A stretch of DNA of 63,752 nt, the filler included, from Parasitella parasitica NRRL 2501 (taxonomy: Eukaryota > Fungi > Mucoromycota), in assembly GCA_025201805.1 (NCBI GenBank). It is 10 parts of 10 records of this genome, joined end to end, with 100 filler letters (N's around TTAATTAATTAA, not from the genome) between each part and the next. Parts side by side here need not be neighbours in the genome. Positions count along the whole stretch, not along the records: positions 1 to 19,156 come from MU619347.1; positions 19,257 to 37,952 come from MU619316.1; 8 more parts are not named here. One strand, given 5' to 3'. Positions 14,470 through 25,850 of this stretch are shown here, in pieces. The notes below the pieces were generated by a model. That model ran no database searches. It saw only the letters and a program-made list of their open reading frames with translations, and was not told the DNA's origin. The translations under genes and the position numbers were made by a program. Numbering within the stretch: position 1 is the first letter of the stretch; each line of letters opens with the position of its first letter.

Positions 14470-16325
14470 ATGAAATCCTACACTATTGAACAAGTAAAAG
14501 CTCATAATAAACCCAACGATTGTTGGATCATAATTGAAGGAAAGGTATTTGACGTTACAAACTTCTTGTCCGAACATCCTGGCGGAAAGAAAGTTCTTGC
14601 TAAAGTGGCTGGCAAAGATGCAACCAAATCCTTCAAAATGTTCCATAACGACTCTATTATGCAACGTATTGGTCTTCCTATGCAGATTGGAGTTATCGGA
14701 ACTGATAAAGCCGCTGAAGAGAAACCTCAAAAGAGCACGGTTACAACCATTAACCCTAGCTCCATTCGTAATGCCACTACTGCTGTATCCAATAGTTTGA
14801 CGAATAATCAAGTAGCTAAATTTGGCGAGGGCATTCCCTATGGTGATCCTTCGTGGTACCAAGAATGGAATAGGTATGTTGAATGGCAATTTTTGCATGA
14901 TCTTATCTGACCTAATTCCATGTATAGCCCATATTATAACGAGTCTCACATCAAAGTTCGTAATGCAGTGCGTGAATGGGTTGAGAAAGAAATCACCCCC
15001 TTCTGTCATGAATGGAGCGAGAAGAAAGAGATTCCCAAGTCTGTTTTGAAGAGTGCTGCCAAAATCGGGTTTCTTGCTGCTGTGTCTGGCGCTGGCACTG
15101 ATCCCAAGATGGCCCATTTATTGCCATATGGCTTGCCTGGAGGCGTAGATCCTGCTGAATTTGATATCTTTACTGAATTTGTTTGTATGGATGAATTGGC
15201 TAGATGCGGTTCTGGTGGACTTATCTGGGCATTAGAAGGAGGCCTTAGCATTGTAAAGTTAATCAAACAGTTCACGATACTACATAAATTAACTTTATAT
15301 GTATAGGGTCTACCTCCTGTTATCAACTTTGCCAACGAAGAATTGAAAAACAGAATTGTCCCTGAATGTCTTGCTGGTGATAAGGTCATTTCTTTGTGCA
15401 TCACTGAACCTTCTGCTGGTTCTGATGTTGCAAACCTTGCCACCACCGCTAAAGATATGGGCGACTATTTCCTTGTCAATGGCGAAAAGAAATGGATTAC
15501 TCAAGGTGCTTTTGCAGACTACTACACTGTTGCGGTCAGAACTGCGGAAGGACAAGGTATGGAAGGCATCTCGCTTTTGCTGATTGAGCGTACGTTTCCT
15601 GGTGTAAACGCTAGGAAGATGGACTGTCAAGGCATGTGGGGCTCAGGTACCTCATACATTACATTCGATGATGTCCGTGTACCAAAAACACATTTAATCG
15701 GCGAATTAAACGAAGGATTCAAGTATGTGATGCACAATTTCAATCATGAAAGATTGTCTATCGTTATGCAAGCGAGCCGCCTTTCTCGTGTGTGTATTGA
15801 AGAAGCATTAAAGGTAATATTCTACGACAAAGTTACACAAGTGTTTAGAAATCTTACGTCAAACACGCTATTACACAGTACGCATTGAAGCGCAAGACTT
15901 TTGGACAGCGCCTTGTTGATCATGCAGTTTTGAGAAACAAGTTTGGACATATGATCCGTCAATGCGAGGCTACACATGCTTGGCTAGAATCGATTTTGTA
16001 CCAGTACAAAACTCTTCCTCATGAAACTCAGGCTACGATCTTGGCTGGTCCGATTGCCTTGTTAAAAGCGCAATCTACTCAAACATTTGAATACTGTGCC
16101 CGAGAAGCTGCCCAAATATTTGGTGGCCTCGCGTACACTAGAGGTGGGCAAGGTGAAAAAATTGAGAGACTGTACAGAGAAGTCCGAGCATATGCGATCC
16201 CTGGTGGATCTGAAGGTAAACAAAGCTTAACTTGAAATATTTAACCATGCTAAACCCTCTTTGATTTAGAAATCATGCTTGACCTCGGCGTTCGTCAAGC
16301 CATAAAGAAATGCTCAAAATTGTAG
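14470..16325 (+). CDS. Cytochrome b5 / acyl-CoA dehydrogenase fusion protein (multi-exon)
   Basis: b5 motif FLSEHPGG, then ACAD motifs LCITEPSAGSDVA, VNGEKKWIT, NFNHERL, QIFGG and AIPGGSEEIMLDLG. Confidence 0.92.
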
Positions 16326-16723
16326 AGTTATATAATAACAAAGCAAATATAGAAATTATTCACTTGCATATTATCTTAAGCTATAAATTCCCAGTACTTG
16401 TGCCTTGTGTTTGTTGAGATACGTAATTAATCCATTACGCATAAAATACCATTTTTTGGTAGATGCCCGAATATCACAGCTACTGAGCCAACGCTACAAA
16501 CTTGATACATGTAATTAATTGTGGAGGTTAAATCACGTGCGCCTGCTTATACATTTCACGATTTTGTGCATACTTGGGAGAGTTTTTTTTATTATGCCAC
16601 AAGATGTGTGTAGAGTGAGACCCAAGATCGTCCTGTGGTAGTGCCAGTGTGTGTGTGTACCATCATCAAATAAAAACTATAATGCACTGTTTTGCAAGCT
16701 CAGCCGTTTTTTCTTCAATCAAA

Positions 16724-18419
16724 ATGCTGTCATCTTCTAAACTGACTTAACTGGTGTTAAGGCCTCATGTTGGTAGCGACGGCAAGCATATCAATGTTAG
16801 AAGCAACTTTTACCGAGTCAAGGCTATTCCTACATGCAATATTTATCATTATAATATTGCCTTTGAGCCAGTTGTTCCTGATAAAAAGTGCCACGCGATT
16901 TGGGATGTCTTCCAAAAGACTATTGATCAAGAGCATTGTGCTGATGCCAAACCTATCTTTAATGGACGTAAGAATGTCTTTTCTGCGGTATCATTGAATT
17001 TCGGCAAAGAAGAAGCTTAACAGTTTACGGGTAAGTCTGATATGATGAAAAGATATTATTTATACAAGCCAGTATACGATAAACAACAGGTTGACCTCAC
17101 TTCTTATCCTGCGTTTGGTCATAGCTCCAAGAACATCTTCAAAATACGTATCAAGCTCGTCAATGTAATAAACATGAGTGAGTCGCAATTGTTCTTGGAT
17201 GGAAAGGCTGAATGTACTCCCAACTGTCTTACGGGTTCGTATCAACAATTATTCAGTTATTTTATGATAATGTTTGTTTACCAAACACAAAACAATAGCT
17301 ATTATAGTTTTGAATATTCTTGTTCGTTATTTACCATCATGTATTCATTATACGTTTGGCCGCACAATTTTCACAACTGATCGCAGACAGCCTTTCCAAA
17401 CGGCGCTGAGATATGGCAAGGATTCTATTAATCCGTTCGTCCCGCAGAAGGTAGACAGTTTGATTCGTTTCAATACAAAAAGTAAAAAGCTAAAGTTTGT
17501 GTTATCATGCAGGCCAACTCTTTGTCAATATTGGTGTGTGTGTGCTACTGCTGTTTACGAGTCTGGCCTAGTGCCTGATATTGCCCCCAATATCCTCAAT
17601 AAGCGTCATCTTGATGAATTGAGAAACGAAATTAGCCCTCAAGATTTACAATTGATCACCAAAATGCCCAAGGCATGCATCATTCAGGTCAACCATTGTG
17701 GGGAACGAAAGGGCTTCTTTAAAATTACAGGACTAGGCCCTTCTGCCAATCAGTTGAAGTTCACTAATGAGGAGGGTGTAGAGCAAACTGTGGCTGCATA
17801 CTTTATCAAAAGACATAACAGTCTTTTAAACTGTCCATTCCTGCCTTTGCATCCAGGTAAAGAAGGACATTTTTTTGCCGATGAAGGCGTGTGAACTAGC
17901 TGCTGATCAACGCTACAACAGAAAACTGAATGCAAAGCAGACATCTGAATTTATAAAGATCACCTGTCAACCACCCAATGTCCGTGTTAATAAAATAACG
18001 AATAACCTGAAATTGTTAAGCCATGAGTAAAACACATTCTTTAAAAAAGTCGGTATGGAAGTTAACCAAGAAATGGAGGTTATCAAGGCACGCGTTCTGA
18101 AGCCTCCTTCATCAAGTATCTCGCCACGCAGCCTACTTTTATTCCACAGGATGGCTCTTGGAGTTTGGGAGGAAAAAAACTAGCAGAAACTGCCACCTTG
18201 AACTCTTGATCTGTCACCAACTTTGCTGCTCCTCTCAATATACAAGCTTTAAAAGTTCTCATTAAAGAGATATGTGGAACTATGTTTACCTTTGGATTGG
18301 GAGTCGTGAATTGTGAACCACTTGTGCTCAGCGCAGACCTCTTGGGAGACATGGAACGTGTCCTGAAAGAGGCTTTTCTGAAGGCAGGCAATGCCGCTAA
18401 ATCTAAACCCCAAATAAAT
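16724..18419 (+). pseudogene. Argonaute pseudogene (N, L1, PAZ, L2, start of MID), no PIWI in view
   Basis: RPHVGSDGKHINVRSNFY, YHY, PIFNGRKNVFS, ATAVYESG, LKFTNEEGVEQTVAAYF and PQDGSW. In-frame stops at 16748-16750 and 17018-17020 plus frameshifts. Homology stops just before the transposon end. Confidence 0.88.
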
Positions 18420-18611
18420 GTAAGAGAATTACTGATACAGTCTAATACAGTTGACGAAACTAGGTTGGGCCAATGAAAATAAATTTTGGTCATTTCCAAA
18501 AATGGGCCACGAATACGAAAATGGGACAACAAGATGAAAATGGGACGTTTATATGAAAGTGGGACATGAGTACAAACATGGAGACAATGTTAGTATCTTT
18601 CAGAAGAATCA

Positions 18612-18700
18612 GAATTGTTACAGCTTCTAACCTGCAATATCTTTAAGTTGCTGACTCACCGGAGTGAGCAGCAACAACCACATTGGAGGTGGCGGTATGT
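18612..18700 (-). ncRNA. Candidate Fanzor omegaRNA scaffold overlapping the ORF 3' end (boundaries uncertain)
   Basis: Hairpin GTTGCTGCTCAC-TCCG-GTGAG(T)CAGCAAC (18675-18647) with a cUCCGg tetraloop, flanked by weaker stems. Confidence 0.5.
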
Positions 18701-19156
18701 CTTTTGAAGACCTGGGGGCGGCCATTTCCACACCAAATTGATGTGGCAATGGTGAGCATGTTCTTCGAGGCCACGACATCGCGATTCCAGTAAATATTGC
18801 AAGTTTTACACTTCAATAACTGATAAATTTTGGTTTCTTCGTTGTCATGGCTTATCTTGAAATTCTCCAGATCTTCTTTGAGACAGTTGTTGCAGATCTA
18901 TGAATAATCGGTTTTAGCTGAAAGTGCAATATGTGAATTATGTGTGTTTTTTCCTTAATAACCTTCGATGTTTTGAACTCATTAATATCTACAAGTAATA
19001 GTTCACCAATTCTTTCTCTTGCTTGTAGTTACTTGTATATTGTGTTCGAAACACCATATCTTAAACCTCTGAACTTTATATGATCTTTGTTTTTTAACCC
19101 GTCACCAAAGACCACCAGAGGCATCTTACTTTTGTCACCTACTTCAAAACAAGCCT
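18643..19156 (-). pseudogene. Fanzor1 (TnpB-like RuvC nuclease) C-terminal part, one intron, one premature stop
   Basis: Manual translation: MPLVVFGDG...IYK*LQARERIGELLLVDINEFKTSK / intron 18962-18898 / ICNNC...LLKCKTCNIYWNRDVVASKNM...GRPQVF. This gives a RuvC-II Glu, a CxxC...CxxC zinc finger and the RuvC-III NRD motif. Confidence 0.88.
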
Positions 19157-19256
19157 NNNNNNNNNNNNNNNNNNNNNNNNNNNNNNNNNNNNNNNNNNNN
19201 TTAATTAATTAANNNNNNNNNNNNNNNNNNNNNNNNNNNNNNNNNNNNNNNNNNNN
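19157..19256. other. Artificial contig spacer (also 37953-38052, 44021-44120, 47016-47115, 49377-49476, 51210-51309, 53341-53440, 60107-60206, 62005-62104)
   Basis: Identical 100-nt N44-TTAATTAATTAA-N44 blocks with stops in all six frames. Confidence 0.97.
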
Positions 19257-19891
19257 ATTCTAGGCTTGAGGTGCCATTCATCAGATGAAGACACTAGTCG
19301 TATCAACGGAAAAGCCCTGAGTAATACCACTAGATCTGATAACAGCTAATGTCGCTACCTGCTGTTTTTGCCCTTCGGATCTCTATGTACACTATTACAA
19401 CATAAATTAGCGCCTCTAGGAACAAAGACAATAGGTATAACTATTGCAATACGCTTGCATAGATGCAGCCACTTTCGTAATAAAAAATAAGCTTGCTATG
19501 CCATAGGATTACCGCTATGAAATAAACAGTAATTCCAATACTATATCGCAATAAAAGAAATAGAACTACTGATTAAACATGCAGCAATATTAGCCTGCAT
19601 TAGTGGATTCGTAGCTTTGAGCACTAGATACACCATTGGGAAGAAAGAATGTTAATAGTTACTTTGATATGAAAGGAAAAAGAAAATCAGGTAGAAAAAT
19701 AATACTGGTGGCGCTTATATTTATGACGTCATAAGAAATTTTTTTATCCAGTAACTGATTTTGCATGAAAATGACGCAATTCTCCAAGGACATCCTAATG
19801 GAAGCTTCATAGACTATGCTAAAAGTGATTTTAGAAAAAAAAGCATCTGTTATAGCTGTTAGCTCTTGTTTCTTAATCTTCACTACTCAAC

Positions 19892-22055
19892 ATGACATCA
19901 GGTTTGAATTAAAGGAAATTTGGTATTAGGCACAGCTAATCATAAGTCAATGTTTATTTGTTTATTTAGATACGTTCTCAAGTTCGTTGGATTACCTGCT
20001 CGAAGCAAATTTGAAGTTTCAATACAATATCTATTATGATAATTTTTGTGCTGGTTATACTCGTGAACAAACAAAGGCCAAGCTCAAACACGACCTGAAT
20101 GAATGCGTATTTGATATAAGATCTGTAGCAAACCCATCAATACAACGATGGCTGCAAGAGCAGCTCGAAAATGATATACCCGTAAGGCTATCGATGAATA
20201 TAAAATAAATGATAAAGTATATTTATTAATTTTAATATATGGTAGTTGGCAAGTAGCACTCAAGTAGATGCTTTTTGGGTTCAACTCGAAGAGAAAAAAC
20301 AGGTTTTAGAGGCAGCAAAAAACGAGATGATAAGAAAAAAACGTCATCTCGAAAACATGCACTCTTTGATTATGGCAGAACAGGCTGAATCATCTACTTC
20401 AGCGACGCCATCAATTCAACTAGAAGAACAGCATGATCATGTAAGTTACAAACCAATAGGCAGCATATTTTAAAGTTTATTAATCCATGACAATATAGAA
20501 CGTTATCGAAGGTGATACTCTGTTATTATTCAATGGCAGATCAATCAGTTCAATACTGAAATCAAAAGGCAAGCGACTGTTCCAAAATTATCAAAAATTA
20601 AATGCTTCAGAAAAGATACTTTGTGCCTATTGCCTCAATGGCATTCTCGACTTGTCACGAACGTCACTCCAAAAACCTTTGTTTACCGAGGAACAATGGA
20701 CTTTCTTATACAAGACATTCACGTACAACGAAGCGAAGCATCTCCCACATTTACAAGATCCAACAAAATCAATCCTTGCAAAAGTAAAAAAAGTAAGAAA
20801 TATAACTCAAGCGCTAAATAAAATACATCTAACTTCTTTGTTATACCAAATAGCTTGTGGAATCTGGACAATACGTAGAAGCCTATCATGCAATTCTTCT
20901 AAAAATTCCTGCCGCTCCCTCCGATGAAAAGTATCTGTACAAAATCCTTGGCCACATGTACGGGAAACTGGTGATGAAAAAGAAAAGTACGAGATGAATT
21001 CTGATTGTTTTTTTTTTTTTTTTTTTTTTTTTNNNNNNNNNNNNNNNNNNNNNNNNNNNNNNNNNNNNNNNNNNNNNNNNNNNNNNNNNNNTTTGCTTTT
21101 TTTCAGATTGAATTGCTATGTGGAGAGAACAGAAATATTCCAAGTAGTACCTGGCCAGACAGAACTCAATTACATGTCAAAAGTTTGGTTCGAGTTGTTT
21201 GAACTCACGTTTGGAAATTCTGATCTATGTCTCAAATGGGGAGAGTCGGTGTCTCCTACCACCACTTTAATCAAACTTGTAAATAATGGAAAAAAGCCAA
21301 ACACCATCGGGTGTAAAGTGGACGGGCGTATACTGGTGAAAGCATCTGAGACTCTGGATTTGTGCCATATTGAAGCATCGAAAGCAATAAGCCCAGCTCA
21401 AAAAACACTTCAAGACAAAGCAAAGCTAGCCATCGAAACAAAATGTACTTTGGACGACATCTTGTCAAGAACATCGATCTCAGCGTCTCCCAACTGCCAT
21501 ATTGTTCCTAATATGCAGTTATCTGGTCTCCTTGCGTACGTTCATTCCTTAAAACTTGTCGATGCTGGCCTCTATACGTACTCTCATGGATATGATTTGT
21601 CGCTGCCAACAGACGTTCTCCAGTTTTCTGACATTATGGTCTCCTGGTGTAGAAAATTGAAATTGTTCAAAGCAACTTGCCAGCGCACAGCAACCATCCA
21701 CACGTCAGCAACAGGCACAGAGAAGTCTCCAGCAAGCCAGCACTTGCAAATGCGCAATTGGGTTCGTGGGACCTTCATACCACCAGCATCTGGCCCTCCA
21801 CATTTCCCAAAAAACTTTCTGAGCAGCCCCTCGCCCGCCATGTGTACAACAAGCACATTGAATATAGTAGATGATTACGAACTAGATACCCTTCAAGATG
21901 GCACAATAGTTCAAAGACGCAAACGCCAGCAAGTAAAAGAAAGTTCGTCCGAAAAACGCAAGTCGTCCACCAGCGAGAAAGCCGAAAAGAAGCACGCAAG
22001 ACACAAGAAAGACAAAAGTATTAAAAGAGACAAAGGAAAGTCCAAAGCCGAATAA
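19892..22055 (+). CDS. Multi-exon protein with C-terminal PD-(D/E)XK restriction-endonuclease-like (Crinkler REase-type) domain
   Basis: Exons splice in frame from MTSDTFSSSLDYLLE. Last exon has LKWGE...GCKVDGRIL...LCHIEASK...DKAKLAIETK...LKLVDAGLY and a Lys/Arg-rich tail. The gap at 21033-21091 lies in an intron. Confidence 0.62.
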
Positions 22056-22227
22056 AATAGTTGTATTATCGTCTCGAACATTCCAAAGTTATTATGAACC
22101 TTGTCTAACTTGTCCTACCTCCAGCAGGGTGTGGTGACGTTTGGGCAATCAACATTCAGATCCCACCTCTTGCGTCTGTTGATACTCCTTTGCCTGTCAT
22201 TTGAATATTATCCATTACCTCGTCAAC

Positions 22228-23456
22228 ATGTCTGCACCATTCGCCATTGTCTCTATGCTGAAGCGAGTGCCATGTCGAGTCGCTTTCAGTCCAGCGGTAC
22301 ATGCCCGTAGCTTCCAATCTCTCGCTTTCACACATGTCAAATTGAGCCATGTCGCTCGACCACAGTTGTTAAAATCCACACCACGCCTCTTGTCGGCTTC
22401 CTTATGCCACAAATATCAGCGACAGCATTGGACTTCCACAGCCTCCAGCACTACTACAGCGACAACTACCGAGAAAAACAAACAGCCGCTCATTTACAAC
22501 AATTGGCTCGACCATCTGCCCAAAAAAGTGGCACCCTATGCCTTTTTGACTCGTATCGACAAACCTATCGGTACCTGGCTGCTGTTCTGGCCCTGTGGTA
22601 AGTAGCGCACCCGACTTTATAGAATAAGTTACTGAATCCGTGTCCAGCTTGGAGCATCTCTATGGCTGCTTATAGCACAGGCGCCACAGTCGTGGATGCC
22701 GCCTCCATGATAGTCCTGTTTGGTACCGGCGCATTAATCATGCGTGGCGCTGGCTGCACCATCAACGATTTATGGGACAGAGATATCGACGACAAGGTGG
22801 AGAGAACCAAGATTCGCCCCATTACGTCCGGCGCCATTTCCCCAAAGCAAGCCATCGCATTTTTAGGCGTGCAACTGACGGCAGGTTTGGCAGTCTTGAC
22901 GCAACTCAACATGTACAGTATCCTGCTCGGCGCCAGCTCCTTGTCTTTAGTGGTAACCTATCCTCTGATGAAGCGTATTACTTACTGGCCACAAACAGTG
23001 TTGGGCCTGGCGTTCAACTGGGGTGCGTTGCTGGGGTGGTCTGCCATGACGGGATCCCTCGATCTCTCTGTTGCTGGTCCTCTTTATCTCGGTGGTGTTT
23101 GCTGGACACTGGTGTATGATACCATCTACGCCCACCAAGATAAAAAGGACGACATCAAGGTCGGTGTCAAGTCGACTGCGCTTCGTTTTGGAGAAAAGAC
23201 GCCACAATGGCTTGCAGGATTCTCGTCTGCATTCATTGGCTTGACAGCTGTAGCTGGCTATATGAATGGCCAGGGATTACCGTTCTATGCCATCAGTGTA
23301 CTGGGCACAGCAGGTCATTTGGCATGGCAACTAAAGACAGTAGACTACAGTAGCACTTCCAGCTGCTGGTCTAAATTCAAGAGTAATACGTGGGCCGGTG
23401 CCATTTTGTGGTCTGGCATCGTAGCTGATGCTGCCTGGTCCTCGGTTGCAGTTTGA
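22228..23456 (+). CDS. COQ2: 4-hydroxybenzoate polyprenyltransferase, mitochondrial
   Basis: [32 protein letters not shown] and [13 protein letters not shown]. One intron. Confidence 0.96.
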
Positions 23457-23460
23457 TTTA

Positions 23461-25140
23461 TTACAATTTTACTTTATAAAGAAAGGGGGGGTAGCTAGGG
23501 TAACCGTACTGATCATGCTGGCTCTGGTTGTTGTTGGGTCTGTTGCCAGGCAACGGAGGTGGAGGTGGATATCCTTGATTGGGCTGTTGGTAAAATTGGT
23601 TGCCTCCTCCGTCTTGTGGTGGTTGAGGGGATCTAGGCGCTCCCTGTCCGCTTACTGATGCTGGTGGATATTCAGAGTTTGCGTTGCTGGGAGGATAAGA
23701 TGGATAGCTTGGAGGAGAGGTAGGAATTTGGATGATGGGAGCAGGAGGGTAGCCAGATGGGCTGCTTGGATAAGCATTGTAGTTGGATGGAGATGAAGGG
23801 GGATATCCACTGCCAACTTGCTGGGAAGGATAGCTGGGTGGGTAATTGGAGGGAGACTGAGGTGAGGGTGGATAGTTTGGAACAGATGGATAGCCGCCGC
23901 CAGTACTAGCAGGTGGTGGAGGTGGAGGAGAGAAAGAGGATGTGGCATTAGCAGGAATAGGCTCGGGGAAACAGGATGGAAAGGGCGCCTGTCCTGGTTG
24001 AGCAGTGGAAGGAGGGTAATTGTCGTTTCGAGGCGAGGGTGAAGGTGGATAGCCGCCTGCAGAGGGTGCCTGGCCTGGCTGGGTAGCAGGAGGAGCAGTG
24101 GAGGTGACACCGTAAAAGGAGTCGTAGTTGGCTAATACGGAGTCGATGCGAGAATCACCAGCAGCATTCGTAGTGGAGCTGGGCGATACATTGTTTCCAG
24201 CGCCAGCAATCTTGTTGTTCTCTGGCACCGTTTTCAACTCTGGAGGCATGCCGAGTTCAGCAGCATAGCCAGGTCTTGGCTGACAAAAGCCTTCCTTTTT
24301 ATGCAGCGGTACATTTGATATGGCCATGTTCAATGCATTCTCAAACTGCTGGTAAGGTTCAAATTGCCACAGCTGATTCAGATTGTCCGTGTCCTTTCTC
24401 TTGTACAATAACATTTGAGCTCCACCTTTGGGACTATCGCCCTACACACACAAGCCGTGGGTCAGCATAGGGGATTGATGGGCGAGGCTCTGTACACTTA
24501 CTCCGATATCAAGCACAAGGCTGGTATACTCCTTGGAGCAGAGAAGCCTTGGTCGTAGATCTACTGAGTTGTGTGCATTAATAACAGACACACTGCTCAG
24601 CCAGCCAGCCAACCTTACCTCTTGAGATTGCTTGCTAGCCTTACGCTTCTTTTGCTCAATTATTTTATCAGATTTGAAAGCGTCTATCCAAAGAGACATG
24701 AAAAAAACGCAATTCAACTCGAGCGGCAGTTTCACTTACTAGAGCTAATGTCCATCACTATGGCATGTGCGATGCTTAGTACATGATATCATCCTTGTTC
24801 ACACACAACGCTTTACTTACCATGACCAGACTACTTGTTGGTCAGTCTGCTGCTATAAAAAGACCATAATTTAGACGAGGAATTGTCAGCATAGATACTG
24901 CACTGCACCGCTTGCTGGACTTACTGGTGATCACTGTCTCGGAATTTCTGAGGCCATACAATCAAGTCGGCTCCTTCCTTTGGCAGAAAAAAAAAAGTTG
25001 ACTTCTTAGCAAAAAAAAAAAAAAAAACGTTTGCAAATGGAGACTACCTTTGTTTGACCATCATATACATCGAGAGCAAAACCGTGCTTGCGAGACAAAA
25101 TGTAGAAATAGCCTTCGGAAAACATACTTGTGTTACTCAT
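23461..25140 (-). pseudogene. Ricin B-type lectin domain protein with Pro/Ser/Tyr-rich tail; lectin exons appear disrupted
   Basis: MSNTSMFSEGYFYILSRKHGFALDVYDG, LIVWPQK, SLVLDI and NQLWQF. Apparent in-frame TAG codons near 24826 and 24562, a frameshift and a missing AG acceptor near 24871. Confidence 0.6.
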
Positions 25141-25850
25141 TTACATAAGAATAAAAGAAAAGAGGAAAAAAAAGAATAAATCTTGATACTGGTGTCTGAC
25201 CTGATTGCTATTCTGAAATGCTTTTCACAGCTAAATCGTATTTAATGAGCACTAAAATGAAGCAGATTGGGTAGATGCACCTCGTTTTCATGTCTTTTGT
25301 TAATGTTATTTGAGATGCTCTGTGTGATTCCTGATTATACAAGGGCGCATTATAACAATAAGTGGAAACTACAAAAAATAAAGAAGTGACATGTAGTCTT
25401 GCTACTTTTTGAGCATTTGTAGTAGGGTCGATGGAAAATCTGGAATACATGTTCATAATTAGAATTAAATCCAGTCCAAAGTTTCATATTACTCCTGAAA
25501 AAAAAGTATTTAATAAGAAAAAGAAATGTTATTTTGATGCTAGATTCAAGTTTTGAGTCAAGGGAGGCATACTTGTAAAGAAAGGTACAGCAACAGCATT
25601 TTAAGATTTAGCTGAAAAAAGGTCGATATAATAAGTCCATACTAGATTGCTCATAAAATTCAAGACTGTCACCGAGCACCAGAAAACTTGAGTAATTCAA
25701 TACCATATATAAAACTTACAAGACTTGACTATAGACCACGGCTGTTGTAAATTAAAATGTTATAAAGTTTGTTAATGTCCGTATTGAGGGACTATAAAGC
25801 AATGTTATTGATCAATTAAGAAAATGGAAGACGCTCTTGTTTTATTCATT

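Larger units (their letters stand above)
18448..19156 (-). mobile_element. Terminus of a Fanzor-carrying DNA transposon (Tc1/mariner-like TA-CAG end); remainder lost in gap
   Basis: TA (18446-18447) is followed by CAGTTGACGAAAC and about five subterminal AAAATGGGAC-like repeats (~18497-18586), then the Fanzor 3' end. Confidence 0.7.

Noticed and set aside
14470-16325. Cytochrome b5/acyl-CoA dehydrogenase fusion as a novelty
   Set aside because: This domain architecture is already known in fungi.
19157-19256. Recurrent TTAATTAATTAA motif between N runs
   Set aside because: Artificial six-frame-stop spacer. It also means links across gaps (e.g. 28S with the LINE at 44121, or Fanzor with the REase gene) are unsupported.
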